Position numbers and translations under genes: made by a program. From positions 14,896 through 78,895 of the IMG/VR virus record IMGVR_UViG_3300031576_000028: a stretch of 64,000 nt of DNA. The stretch is one strand, 5' to 3'. Below the pieces are notes generated by a model, which was not told the DNA's origin, did no database searches, and worked only from the letters and a program-made list of their open reading frames with translations. Below are positions 28,145-37,380 of the stretch, piece by piece. The stretch is from a virus. Every line of letters begins with the position of its first letter. The first letter of the stretch is position 1.

Positions 28145-28630
28145 TCACCACGCCCTGCGGAACACCCGCTGGGGCGGCAGGACCTGCGTCGTGAAGCGGG
28201 CGGCCGGGCCGCGGCGGCGGGCGATGTCCTCGGGGGTGAGGTCGTAGGGGTCGCGGTCCTCCATCCACGAGCGGACCCGCCTGGCCTCGACGAGCGGCTT
28301 GACGTTGCGCCAGATCACCCGGTCGGTGCGGCGGCACGCGGCGGCCAGCTCCTTGATCGTCATCCCGTCCCCGTGCTCGAGGGCCTCGAGGATGAGCCCC
28401 TGCGTGCCTACCGGGATCGCGTCGAGGGTGAGGCACTTGAAGCAGGCCTCGGCGACCACCCGCTTGATCGTCCCGCAGTCGCAGAACTCGGTCTCACCGA
28501 CGACCCACGGCTGGACGAGCGCGTCCGGCTCCTGGCCTCCCCAGCCGGTGCGGAGCGAGGCCGCGGCCGCGGCGTAGGTGTTGGGCACCGAGGATCCGAA
28601 CGTCACCCTGGGCATGCTCGGCTGAATCAT
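28145..28630 (-). CDS. Zn finger + winged-helix DNA-binding protein
   Basis: CDCG..CFKC followed by ILEALEHGDGMTIKELAAAC..VIWRNVKPLVEARRV. Confidence 0.7.
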   Translation of the reverse strand: MIQPSMPRVTFGSSVPNTYAAAAASLRTGWGGQEPDALVQPWVVGETEFCDCGTIKRVVAEACFKCLTLDAIPVGTQGLILEALEHGDGMTIKELAAACRRTDRVIWRNVKPLVEARRVRSWMEDRDPYDLTPEDIARRRGPAARFTTQVLPPQRVFRRAW

Positions 28631-28698
28631 TGCGCGGCCCCAGAGGGCTTGTCGAGGCGCCGGCGTGGTCCTACGTAGTTTTACGCACGGCGTCTCGG

Positions 28699-29232
28699 TC
28701 AATCGAGGACGAGGAGGCGGACGGACAGCCACTCGTCGGCGAGCTCCTCGTCGACCTTCCAGACCATCGCCTTGGTGATCCGCCGGCCCTCGACCTCGCC
28801 CTTCCCCATCATCGTCGAGGTCCACACGGGGCCGAACTCCCTGACCGTCGGGTGGACGAGGACGCGATCCTCGATGAGGAGGTCGATGACGCGGTCGACG
28901 ATCAGCCCGATGCTGTGGTCGTTCCTGTACCGGGTCTCGGAGTAGTGGACCCGGACCTCCTCGGCCGAGTAGGAGATCGCCTGGTGCAGCTCGCGCTCGG
29001 CGATGTTCCTCGCGACGAACGGCATCTCGTAGCGGTTGCCGCTCTTGGCGCAGTAGCTGTCCACCCAGTCCTCGTGCAGGCACCTGCGAATTGCCCTGAG
29101 GGCCTTCCTGTTCCTCGTCCACACCTCGTCGGTGGGCTCGCCGGCGAGCCGGCCCAGCAGGACCCACGGCACGCGCCGCGGGCTGATGCCGGTGGCGCCG
29201 GGGATCCGGTACCTGACGACGCTGCCGATCAC
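28699..29232 (-). CDS. hypothetical protein (C-terminal motif family)
   Basis: GTGA overlap; ends ADEWLSVRLLVLD. Confidence 0.65.
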   Translation of the reverse strand: MIGSVVRYRIPGATGISPRRVPWVLLGRLAGEPTDEVWTRNRKALRAIRRCLHEDWVDSYCAKSGNRYEMPFVARNIAERELHQAISYSAEEVRVHYSETRYRNDHSIGLIVDRVIDLLIEDRVLVHPTVREFGPVWTSTMMGKGEVEGRRITKAMVWKVDEELADEWLSVRLLVLD

Positions 29233-29687
29233 CCGTCGGCCTCCATGACGAGGAGCGTCGAGGCGAGCCACGCGTCCGCCTTTGCCGCGTCGCACCGGAA
29301 CGGGCGGCGGCGCACCACGCCATCCACGATCAGGTTGTTGGCGAGCTGCTCCGCGAGCCTGTTCATGAACAGGTGCGGCCACCCGAGCCTCCGGGGCGCG
29401 TTGGGGACCCACGCCGCGTGCTCGGTGATCAGGTCGGCCAGCCTCTGCACGAGGAGCACGCGCTGGTTGCCTCCGGAGCCGACGGAGGTGACCGCACGGT
29501 GGACCCCGCGGGCCGTAGCCCGGTTGACGCGCACGTCGCCGACCATGACGCCCCCCTCGACCTCCTCCAGCAGCGAGGACGCGACGAGGGAGGACCTGTA
29601 CACGTCGAGCATGGCCCTCGCCGTGATCATCTCGCGCATGCCAGGCGCCCTGAGCACGTCGGCGAAGGACGACTTGACGGCGCTCAT
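29229..29687 (-). CDS. hypothetical protein (C-terminal motif family)
   Basis: GGAGG RBS; ends ADAWLASTLLVMEADG. Confidence 0.65.
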   Translation of the reverse strand: MSAVKSSFADVLRAPGMREMITARAMLDVYRSSLVASSLLEEVEGGVMVGDVRVNRATARGVHRAVTSVGSGGNQRVLLVQRLADLITEHAAWVPNAPRRLGWPHLFMNRLAEQLANNLIVDGVVRRRPFRCDAAKADAWLASTLLVMEADG

Positions 29688-30190
29688 GGTCCTCCTACTA
29701 GCACGAGGAGCCTCGAGGCGTACCACGAGGCGAGGGCCGAGGCGTCGAGCCTCTGCGTGCCATGGTCGATCACGCCGTCGCCGCACAGCGCGTCGTACGC
29801 CTCGACGGCGGCCCTGTTGCCGTCCCGGAACGGGATCTCGGAAACCTGGACGGCCTAGTAGGTCAGCTCCTCGGACACGCCCCGGCGACCTCTGACCATG
29901 ACGTGCGCCGGCCAGCTCGAGCGCATCACCAGGTTGTGGATCTTCTGGACCAGCATGTCCATAGACTGGGCGCCTCCGTGCGGGGTGCGAATCCCCGCGA
30001 AGTGGATGTGGAGGACCTCGGCCAGCATGTCGATCGGGCGGCGGTCGCAGGCGACGATCCACGACGTCGGCGCGAAGCCGGTCACCAGGTGCGGCCTGGA
30101 CAGCAGGACGCAGGGGCGTACCTGAGAGCCCGGAACCACCGAGTGGAGGATCGTGAAGCCGTCGACGACGGGCCGCTGATTGTCAGCCAT
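29684..30190 (-). pseudogene. hypothetical gene with an internal in-frame TAG at 29855-29857
   Basis: The frame continues after the TAG (LTY*AVQVSEIPF...LASWYASRLLVLVGGP) to a TGA that overlaps the next ATG. Confidence 0.7.
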
Positions 30191-30515
30191 CGGGCTCTTG
30201 CTGGATCTTGTGCGCGGCGTACTCGGTCAGGCACGCCTCGCAGCTGACCTCGGACAGGTCGCCGTTGATCACGTACATGGTCCGGTCGACCGGCCGGCCG
30301 CAGGCGGTCCTGGTGCGCCCGACCTTGTCGCCCTGGATAGGCTCGCCGCCGGCCCTCAGATCTGGGGTCCAGTGCCGGTCGCCGGTGGTCGCGAGCTGGC
30401 CGTCGACGAGCGCGGCCTCGATCGCCGTGCCGGTGCGCCAGGCGAGCCGCAGAGGCCGCGCCACGGTCAGGACCCCCACGAGTCGTCGAACTGGATCAGG
30501 CTCGACGCGACCCAC
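30183..30515 (-). CDS. small Zn-finger protein
   Basis: H...TACG...CEAC. Confidence 0.6.
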   Translation of the reverse strand: MGRVEPDPVRRLVGVLTVARPLRLAWRTGTAIEAALVDGQLATTGDRHWTPDLRAGGEPIQGDKVGRTRTACGRPVDRTMYVINGDLSEVSCEACLTEYAAHKIQQEPDG

Positions 30516-30761
30516 CTAGGCATCCTCGACCTCCTCGACGGTGTACTGGTCGCCGTCCGTCCCGATGAACTGCAGGGCGAGGGCGGCCGCGTCCTCGGCC
30601 GTGAGCCTGGTGGCGTCGTACCTGGACGTCCAGCCGTAGCTGCCACCGGCGGCGTGGTCCCACCTCGGGTGGTCCGGCGGCGGGTCGAGCTCGAGGAACA
30701 CGTCCGAGTCCGGGTGGCGCAACGCGATCGAGCACCTTACGAGGAAGCGCCGCTCGCTCAT
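30516..30761 (-). CDS. small protein, EDA..A..VEE family
   Basis: GGAGG RBS; W...ATRLTAEDAAALA...TVEEV. Confidence 0.65.
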   Translation of the reverse strand: MSERRFLVRCSIALRHPDSDVFLELDPPPDHPRWDHAAGGSYGWTSRYDATRLTAEDAAALALQFIGTDGDQYTVEEVEDA

Positions 30762-30787
30762 CAGCCCTCCTTGAGGATAAGACTCGC

Positions 30788-31083
30788 TCACAGGCAGCCC
30801 GCCTCTCGCCACGCCTCTACGTCGACGGGCTCGACCTGCGTCTCGTAGCCGTCCTCGGCTACGATCAGCGCCCAACGGGCCGCGTCCTCTGCCGCCATTG
30901 CGGTCCCCTTGGTGGGGCGGATGGCCCAGTCCGTAGTCGAGAGCCTCTCACTCACGCGGTGGCGGCGGCGGCCGGACCGCTAACCACCAGCCACTTGATC
31001 GGGCCTACGCACCTCGACCTCCGACCGTCGGGGTCCGGGAGCCACACGACCAGGCCCTTCGACACGACGTACAACTCGCTCAC
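30788..31083 (-). pseudogene. EDA..A..VEE family member split near 30955 (frameshifted, or two coupled mini-ORFs)
   Basis: N-half MSELYVVSKG..KWLVV and C-half DWAIRP..AAEDAARWAL..VEPVDVEAW lie in different frames across a (GCC)n run. Confidence 0.45.
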
Positions 31084-31206
31084 GCAGCCCACCACAGGGC
31101 CCCGCAGGCGAGCCCGGCCACGAAGCCGACCACCATCCAGCGGGCGCGCCGGGCGTCGCAGGTGCAGCTCCTCGAGGCGTCGCGCGGGTCCACGTGTAGG
31201 GTCACC

Positions 31207-31452
31207 CTAGTTCGGTAGGTCGCCATCGACCCTCGACTTGAGGGCGGGCCACCCGCGGTCCGACCGGGCGCGCACGAGCTCCAGCAGGTCGTCGACGTCG
31301 CGCCTGGCGTCCAGGCAGGCCTCGCGAGCGCGGCCCCCGTCTCGGACCTCGGCCATGAGCGCGTCGCGGACGCGAGCGTTGGCCCCACGCTCGCGGACGA
31401 GCGCGACCAGCAGGACCGCGACGATCACGAGCAGGACGAAGACGACCCACAT
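31207..31452 (-). CDS. N-terminal TM + coiled-coil protein
   Basis: MWVVFVLLVIVAVLLVALV followed by a helical region. Confidence 0.55.
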   Translation of the reverse strand: MWVVFVLLVIVAVLLVALVRERGANARVRDALMAEVRDGGRAREACLDARRDVDDLLELVRARSDRGWPALKSRVDGDLPN

Positions 31453-31781
31453 CACGGGTGCAGCCCACCTGCCCTGCGCCCGACCAGCAGAAGGTCGTCG
31501 ACGTCGACCTCCTTGACGCCGCACGCGGTATCCTCAAGACCGTCGATCATGAGCGCGACGGCGACGGCCTCCTCCAGGCCGTTGAAGAAGTGGGCGCTGC
31601 ACAGGTCGGCGGACCACTCGAGCTCGAGTGGGGCGGGGGGCGCGTCGAGCATCACGCCGAGCATCACGCCGCGCGGGACGTCGCGCGACGAACAGCCAGC
31701 TAGCTCGGCCGGCCTCGCCTCGACCAGGTAGTAGGTCATGCCGTCCTCACCCGCGACGCGGGCCACCCAGCGCGCCGTCAC
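31452..31781 (-). CDS. small protein, EDA..A..VEE family
   Basis: WVAR..YYL..LEWS..AHFF..EEAVAVA..VKEVDV. Confidence 0.6.
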   Translation of the reverse strand: MTARWVARVAGEDGMTYYLVEARPAELAGCSSRDVPRGVMLGVMLDAPPAPLELEWSADLCSAHFFNGLEEAVAVALMIDGLEDTACGVKEVDVDDLLLVGRRAGGLHP

Positions 31782-32113
31782 GGGTCCCCGTAGCCGTAGA
31801 GCTCGCCGGCCAGCTGGGCGCCGCAGCAAACCGAGAGGCCGATGATCGACCCGTCGCTGGGCTCCGTCCTCCTGAACGCGAACGGCGCCGAGCCGAAGTG
31901 GCCGCCGGTCATCAGATGCAAGAAGGCGTCGGCGGGCTGCCGGCTCGGGTACGCGTCGCCGGTGTCGATCCTCTGCTCGCGCATGCAGGCCGAGCAGCGG
32001 AGGACCACGCCGCGACCGCTGAGCTCGCGATCCTCCTCGCCGTCCTTGACCACGGGGTCGCCGCTGGGCAGCTTGGTCGCCAGGACGTTCTCGTCTGGGT
32101 CTGGGGCGCTCAC
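31778..32113 (-). CDS. hypothetical protein (CxxC)
   Basis: Coupled ORF. Confidence 0.55.
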   Translation of the reverse strand: MSAPDPDENVLATKLPSGDPVVKDGEEDRELSGRGVVLRCSACMREQRIDTGDAYPSRQPADAFLHLMTGGHFGSAPFAFRRTEPSDGSIIGLSVCCGAQLAGELYGYGDP

Positions 32114-32580
32114 GACATCAGCCTATCACAGAGGTCGAGCGCGGCCCGCACGAGGTGGGAGGCGGTCACCGGGCTGACCACCTTGGTCACGTTGTTGGAC
32201 CCGCGCTCCTTGACCACGACCTCGACGACGCCGCCGTCGGTGTGGTTGGAGCGCCGCGGCTTGCGGCCGGTCGCGATGGCGGCGCACTCCAGGTCCTTCC
32301 TGCGGACCGCGTCGCGGGCCGAGACCTCGTACTCCATGACTGCCTGCTCGAGGCTGGCTCGGCGCTCCAGCTCACCTAGCAGGCACCGCTCTTTGATCCT
32401 CGCGAGCGTCAGCGGCCACGAGCCTAGCCCGCATCCGATCGTGGCCCTGACCTGCTTCAGCTCCGCGGAGATCGACGTGGCGTCCATGGTCCGCACGCGA
32501 CCGGACCACTTCACACCCTCGTCCTCGAGCTTCTGGGCCGCGGGCCCCTCGCTCGAGCGCTTCTGCTTCTTCTTCACCAT
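32110..32580 (-). CDS. hypothetical protein
   Basis: Coupled ORF. Confidence 0.55.
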   Translation of the reverse strand: MVKKKQKRSSEGPAAQKLEDEGVKWSGRVRTMDATSISAELKQVRATIGCGLGSWPLTLARIKERCLLGELERRASLEQAVMEYEVSARDAVRRKDLECAAIATGRKPRRSNHTDGGVVEVVVKERGSNNVTKVVSPVTASHLVRAALDLCDRLMS

Positions 32581-33116
32581 GCCACCGGACTTGCGAGCGC
32601 GGGGCCCGTCCTCCTACCGCGGATCGCCGCGGCCAGCCCCAGCCGCTCGCTCGTGGTCCGACAGCCGCCAGTGGTGGTCCTCCCGTCGGCGCACGCGTTG
32701 AGGTACGGGAGGCCCCCGGCGTAGCCGGCGAGTCCGCACGCGATCGAACCGCGGCACCTAGGATGGGCCCGCCACCGGCCGAGCAGCTCAGCGCCGGCGA
32801 GGTAGCCGGCCGCGAGGCTCGACCGCAGGCGCCGGCAGTCGGCGAGACCGCGCCCCGTGGCCTGGGCCACGCCGCACGACAAGGCCCCGGAGCGCTCGAC
32901 GAACACGACGTCGGCGCGGTAGTTGGACTCGCCGCGAGCGATCGCGAGGAGCACCGCGTGGTCCTGCCCCGTCGCGAGCTCGGCCGCGCGGGCGGCGCCG
33001 AGGTGCTCGCGCGCCTGGTCCGAGGTCAGGTATCGCGGGGCGACCGAGCGGAGGCGCTCGACGTCGGCCGGCTCGGCGAGCCAGGCCAGGAGGGCCGCCA
33101 TGGCCTCCAGCAGCAC
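32574..33116 (-). CDS. lytic transglycosylase (SLT-like)
   Basis: AIARGESNY (catalytic Glu), GVAQ, AGYAGG motifs. Confidence 0.75.
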   Translation of the reverse strand: MLLEAMAALLAWLAEPADVERLRSVAPRYLTSDQAREHLGAARAAELATGQDHAVLLAIARGESNYRADVVFVERSGALSCGVAQATGRGLADCRRLRSSLAAGYLAGAELLGRWRAHPRCRGSIACGLAGYAGGLPYLNACADGRTTTGGCRTTSERLGLAAAIRGRRTGPALASPVAW

Positions 33117-33139
33117 GACGTCTACCTCATCCCGACCTC

Positions 33140-33505
33140 CTACGCCACGCCGATCTCACCCTCGCCATCGATCGTAAGCGCCGAGGCGGCAGCAGATCCG
33201 CCAACAAGGAAGTCGGCGACGTCGAGGCGCAGCATCCCATACCAGTCGTACGCGTCGTTCGCGGCGATCGCCTTGCCCTGCCCGATGACCTCGGTGCCGG
33301 CCACGTTGCCGTTGGTGATCCCCAACCACAGCGAGAATGTCGCTGGGGATGCGGTCTTGTTGACGATCCTGATGTGCCGGAGCACGATGTACTGCCCGGA
33401 TGCTCCTCCGTTGACCCCGCCGGTAGCGCCGGCAGGGTTGAGGATGTTCGTGGTGAGAACCGTGGTCAGTGCCACTGGTCCTAGTCTGAAGACTTTGTTC
33501 GCCAT
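33140..33505 (-). CDS. small beta-rich virion / appendage protein
   Basis: AAGGAG RBS; resembles the N-terminal domain of 34359-35951. Confidence 0.55.
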   Translation of the reverse strand: MANKVFRLGPVALTTVLTTNILNPAGATGGVNGGASGQYIVLRHIRIVNKTASPATFSLWLGITNGNVAGTEVIGQGKAIAANDAYDWYGMLRLDVADFLVGGSAAASALTIDGEGEIGVA

Positions 33506-33537
33506 CTCGGTTCTCCTTGCCCGTTGTTACCACAAGC

Positions 33538-33747
33538 TCAGCCGGCGCTCGACCACCACCAGTGGCCGCACAGCAGGCCCATGCCGAATGCCACCAGGAG
33601 GCGGAGCGGTGGCCAGACCTTCGCCCACGCACGAAGTCGCTCGCTATACGTGTTGCCGTCGCGCCGGTCGAGCGCCAGCCAGACGTCGGCTCCGATGAAC
33701 GCTGCCGCGAAGCTGATCATGATGATGGCGGTTGCTGTGTTGCTCAT
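33538..33747 (-). CDS. small two-TM membrane protein
   Basis: Two hydrophobic segments; ends GHWWW. Confidence 0.55.
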   Translation of the reverse strand: MSNTATAIIMISFAAAFIGADVWLALDRRDGNTYSERLRAWAKVWPPLRLLVAFGMGLLCGHWWWSSAG

Positions 33748-33765
33748 GGATCCATACCCGTCCGG

Positions 33766-34362
33766 TCAGAATACTAGCTCCAGCAGCGACATCGAACAGC
33801 CGCGGATCAGCAGCGACACAGCGCCGCCGAGCCTGCCCTGGAGCACGAACTCGCACTCGCTCGGCGACGGCGGCTGGTTGGTGCTGAACTGGAGCAACAC
33901 CCACGCGCCAGCCGAATCGGCGACCGGCTTGACGGCGGAGATGGCGCGTTCGGCACCGCCGAGCGCGCGCTCGACCACCCTCAACTCCGCTCCGGCGCCG
34001 ACGCAGAGGACGGAGGCGTTGATGCGGCCGAACAGGCCAGCCGCGTTGACGGAGAAGAAGCCGGCGTTGGTGACGACGACGCCGAGGTCGGCCCAGTCGA
34101 GGCCGGCGACGATCTTCTCCCCAGGTATCAGCGTCGTGCTGACGTGGAACTTCACCGTCGGGGGCGAGCCCGCCGGAGGTGCAAACTGGCCGCCAGCGTA
34201 CGACCAACCTGGACCAGGCGTGGGCTGAAGGTCGGTGACGTCGACGGCGACCTCGAACTGCGCGAAGTACCCTGGGGACTGTTCTTGGAACGTCCCCAGG
34301 TCGTCGACCACGATAACGTCGACGACCTTGCCGACGGAGATCATGGCGACGGTGCGCGTCAC
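33766..34362 (-). CDS. fibre-associated / assembly protein
   Basis: N-terminal V.DVIV...PGPGWSYAGGQFAPP pattern, typical of genes after Gly-rich fibres. Confidence 0.6.
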   Translation of the reverse strand: MTRTVAMISVGKVVDVIVVDDLGTFQEQSPGYFAQFEVAVDVTDLQPTPGPGWSYAGGQFAPPAGSPPTVKFHVSTTLIPGEKIVAGLDWADLGVVVTNAGFFSVNAAGLFGRINASVLCVGAGAELRVVERALGGAERAISAVKPVADSAGAWVLLQFSTNQPPSPSECEFVLQGRLGGAVSLLIRGCSMSLLELVF

Positions 34363-35951
34363 GCAGGCTCCATGACATAGAAGATCACGAGCTGGCCGCC
34401 GCTGCCCGCACCACCAACCGCCCCGTTTCCGCCGGCCCCGCCGGTGACGCTGCCAGCGCCACCACCACCGCCACCGCTCGCGCCCGATCCGCCGCGACCG
34501 TTGGTTCCCGCGCCGCCGGCCACGCCAGGACTGCCGACTCCACCAGTGCCGATCGCCCCGGCCCCGCCGTTCGCACCGTTGACCGGCGTCCCGCCTGACG
34601 CCGCCGCCCCCTGGAACACCGCGACCTCGTCGCCGAGACCACCAGCACCCGATGCCCCGGATGCGCCGCCACCTCCGCGTGCGCCACCCTCACCGGCACC
34701 GCCGGTTCCTCCAGCGCCGCCCGCGATGACGGTCGCGGTCGGCGACGCCGTGTAAAAGACCGCGACCTGCGCAGCCGAGATACCACCATTGCCGCCGGCC
34801 GTGCCCGTGACACCACCACCAGCGCCGCTCGTCCCGCTCCCTTGGCTGATGCTCGACTCGGCGCCATAGCGAGCGGCGAACGAACCACCAGCCGCTCCAG
34901 CGGCACCGCCGGCCGATCCCGTACCTGCGCCGCCCCTACCCGGGGCCGGGGCGCCCGCACCGGCCCCGCCGATGCCGGACGCGCCGGTCCACCACGCGGC
35001 GAGCGTCGTGCCGCCATCGAGGAACTTGGTAGCCCCTCCGTTGGCTCCCACGCCGCCGGCCGTGCCCGCGACCAATGCGGCACCGCCAACGCCAGCGGTA
35101 CCGCCAGCGCCACCGGCTCCGATCGTGACGGTGTACGTCGTCATCGGGGTGACCGATACCTGGAGCCGGAACGAGTTGGCGCCGCCACCTCCAGAGCCAC
35201 TCCGGCCGCCGCCGCCACCGCCGTCGGATGGTCCGCCAGATCCGCCGCCGCCGCCACCAGAGCCCGCGCCGCCACCGGCTCCCGGTCGACCGATTAGGGT
35301 CACCTTGGTCACGCCCGGCGGGCATACCCACGAACTGGACGCAGCGAACACCTCGGCGACCACGCGAGCGCGCGGGCTCAGCGGTCCGAGCCAGTGCAGC
35401 TCGGGGATGTCAGGCGACGGGGTGACCATGAACAAGGCCGGGCCGTCGACGCCGCGTACTCCGTCGGCGCCAGGCGGACCAGGCGGACCGGGTTGACCTT
35501 CGTCTCCCTCTTCCCCCTGAGCGCCGACGAGGCCCTGCGGTCCCTGTTGACCAACCGGTCCGGTGACACCAGCACGGAGGCTACCGTCAGCGTTGTAGTA
35601 GTGCCACCCGTCCGCGTCGAGCACCGCGTGGCCGTTTGCGACGATGGAGATCGATCCGGTCAGTTGATTTCCGGGCGCTGTTCCACCGCGGTAGATGACC
35701 ACGCCGGAGACGTCGACTCCGGTCGCGTTGGCGAGGTGCAGCGACTTGACCAGCGCCCTGAGCGGGCTCGCCGGCGCCGCATAGATCACCCCGGCGACCG
35801 CGGCGAGCTGACCCTGCGCGAGCACCTTGTAGTCTGGCGGGAGCGCGGCGTTCGCCGGGGTGTGGACCTCGCAGCCGAACAGCGTGAACGTGATCGCCGC
35901 CGGCGTGCCGGCGACGCCGGCCAGGGTGTCTAGGCTACCGAGCGTGAGCAT
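34359..35951 (-). CDS. glycine-rich fibre protein with a short collagen segment
   Basis: GXY repeats, then WVCPPGVTKV..GAGGGAG and TYTVTIGAGGAGG Gly-rich domain. Confidence 0.8.
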   Translation of the reverse strand: MLTLGSLDTLAGVAGTPAAITFTLFGCEVHTPANAALPPDYKVLAQGQLAAVAGVIYAAPASPLRALVKSLHLANATGVDVSGVVIYRGGTAPGNQLTGSISIVANGHAVLDADGWHYYNADGSLRAGVTGPVGQQGPQGLVGAQGEEGDEGQPGPPGPPGADGVRGVDGPALFMVTPSPDIPELHWLGPLSPRARVVAEVFAASSSWVCPPGVTKVTLIGRPGAGGGAGSGGGGGGSGGPSDGGGGGGRSGSGGGGANSFRLQVSVTPMTTYTVTIGAGGAGGTAGVGGAALVAGTAGGVGANGGATKFLDGGTTLAAWWTGASGIGGAGAGAPAPGRGGAGTGSAGGAAGAAGGSFAARYGAESSISQGSGTSGAGGGVTGTAGGNGGISAAQVAVFYTASPTATVIAGGAGGTGGAGEGGARGGGGASGASGAGGLGDEVAVFQGAAASGGTPVNGANGGAGAIGTGGVGSPGVAGGAGTNGRGGSGASGGGGGGAGSVTGGAGGNGAVGGAGSGGQLVIFYVMEPA

Positions 35952-35954
35952 TGG

Positions 35955-36563
35955 TCACCCGCACATGAAGAAGAGGAAGGCCTCGTCGCCGCCGCCCGTG
36001 CCCTTGTCGCCGTCGCGACCGGGGCCGCCGCCCCGGGTCGGGTACGGGCGGTCGAAGACGTACTTCTTGAGCTCGCGGTCGTGGGCGGCGAGCGTGCGGC
36101 GGACGTCGTCGACGCCATCCGCCGCCGGGCCCTGTGGTCCCCGCCCTCCGATGGGGCCCTGCGGTCCCGCCTGGCCGATCATGCCGCGGGGGCCGGTGGG
36201 GCCGACCCGACCCTCAGGACCCTCCTGCCCCTCCTCGCCCCGGGGGCCCTGCTCGCCGTCGCGGCCCGGCGTCCCGCGGTCGCCCTTCTCCCCTCGGTCG
36301 CCCTTCTCGCCCGGCGCCCCGCTGGGACCCAGCTCGCCGCGCGCGCCCTGAGGTCCGCGCTCGCCGCGCTCGCCTCGGTCGCCGTCATCCCCGTCCTTGC
36401 CGGGCGGCCCCTCGACGACCATGACCCGTCCCGGCGGCCCGGCCGGGCCGGGCGCGCCCCTGGGCCCGGAGGCGGGCGGCGCGGCGGCGCGCCTCAGCCC
36501 GTCGAGCTCGCGCTTGATCCGCGAGAGCTGGTGCTCGAGGTCGTCGACGCGGGCGTCACTCAC
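35955..36563 (-). CDS. collagen-like protein with N-terminal coiled coil
   Basis: Long continuous GXY run. Confidence 0.85.
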   Translation of the reverse strand: MSDARVDDLEHQLSRIKRELDGLRRAAAPPASGPRGAPGPAGPPGRVMVVEGPPGKDGDDGDRGERGERGPQGARGELGPSGAPGEKGDRGEKGDRGTPGRDGEQGPRGEEGQEGPEGRVGPTGPRGMIGQAGPQGPIGGRGPQGPAADGVDDVRRTLAAHDRELKKYVFDRPYPTRGGGPGRDGDKGTGGGDEAFLFFMCG

Positions 36564-36569
36564 CGCGAG

Positions 36570-36578
36570 AACCTACCA
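36570..36578 (-). promoter_or_regulatory. extended -10 (TGGTAGGTT), leaderless start of the collagen/fibre operon
   Basis: TGn-TAnnnT, then 6 nt, then the GTG at 36563. Confidence 0.5.
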
Positions 36579-36620
36579 CGGTGGGCGGCGGCGGCACAAC
36601 TAGAACGCCGATCGCCTCCC

Positions 36621-36848
36621 TCACTTGGGATCCTTGGGCTCGACGGCCATGTGCGCCGTCATCCGGTCGACGTCGTACTCCACGCGCACGCGCAGCTGGT
36701 CGACCGCGGACCAGACGTTCTTGTCGTTGACCGACGGGCGCTCGATGCGGAGCTTCTCGACCACGGCGTTCGGGATCCCGCGGTCCTCCATCCAAGCGCG
36801 GATGGCCTCGCGGACCTCGAGGTCGGTGATCGTCACCTCGACCCTCAC
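36621..36848 (-). CDS. hypothetical protein
   Basis: Coding-like 75 aa. Confidence 0.55.
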   Translation of the reverse strand: MRVEVTITDLEVREAIRAWMEDRGIPNAVVEKLRIERPSVNDKNVWSAVDQLRVRVEYDVDRMTAHMAVEPKDPK

Positions 36849-36854
36849 GGCCTA

Positions 36855-36886
36855 CCACGGACCTTGTCGATCCTGCCGAACGTTCC
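36855..36886. repeat. imperfect 32-bp direct repeat, copy 1
   Basis: ccacggaccttgtcgatcctgccgaacgttcc versus 37703-37734; 26/32 identical. Confidence 0.7.
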
Positions 36887-37091
36887 TATGCTCATGGTCC
36901 CTGGTCCTGGTCGTACTCCCTGCTCCTCAGGCGCCGCTCCTCCTGCGCTCGGCGGACGTACTCGAAGTTATGCCGACGCGCGTCCAGTTCGGCCATCGTC
37001 GGCCAGCTGCTAGGCGGGCGACCCTCGTTCAGGGCGCCGGAGCACGTCCGGCAGCACCGGCGCTTCGGCGGACCGCGGAGCACGCGCCTGG

Positions 37092-37380
37092 GTGCTCGCC
37101 GTGCGCCTGGTCGCCTCGATGGGCCTGACCCGCGAGCAGGTCAGGGAGGCCCTGCCCCCCGCTTGGCGCCCGGAGGTGGTGGTCGAGCACAACCACTCGA
37201 CGCGCGCCATCCTGCGCCGCAGGCTCTGCCCCGCGTGCGACGAGCACCACGCCCGGCAGGACGCCAGGCGCCTGAGCGGTATCCCGAACGTGGCCGCCGA
37301 AATCTTCGACTGGAGGCGCTCGCCGGCCACGCCGGAGCAGGTCGACGGCGAGGTGCTCTGGGGCCGCCGCGATCAGCAAA
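37092..37380 (+). pseudogene. degenerate EndoVII-like fragment in inverted orientation
   Basis: MGLTREQV...VEHNHSTRAILRRRLCPAC resembles YGIT..DHDH.TG..RG.LC..C but lacks the first CxxC. Confidence 0.4.
37302..37333. repeat. 32-bp exact direct repeat, copy 2
   Basis: Identical to 23448-23479. Confidence 0.95.

Noticed and set aside
25201-30190. Genome-wide TAG recoding
   Set aside because: Many core genes (capsid, tube, queE, recA, folE) end at TAG with the next gene or motif end fitting, so TAG works as a stop.
31080-31452. Rz/Rz1 spanin pair
   Set aside because: The first ORF has a TM plus coiled coil, but the overlapping ORF has no N-terminal signal or lipobox.
34385-36430. Repetitive GC-rich DNA as a non-coding repeat element
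   Set aside because: Fully explained by Gly-rich and collagen GXY coding.
23448-37333. Diversity-generating retroelement (TR/VR pair)
   Set aside because: The repeat is short and exact, with no adenine-specific mismatches, and there is no reverse transcriptase in the window.
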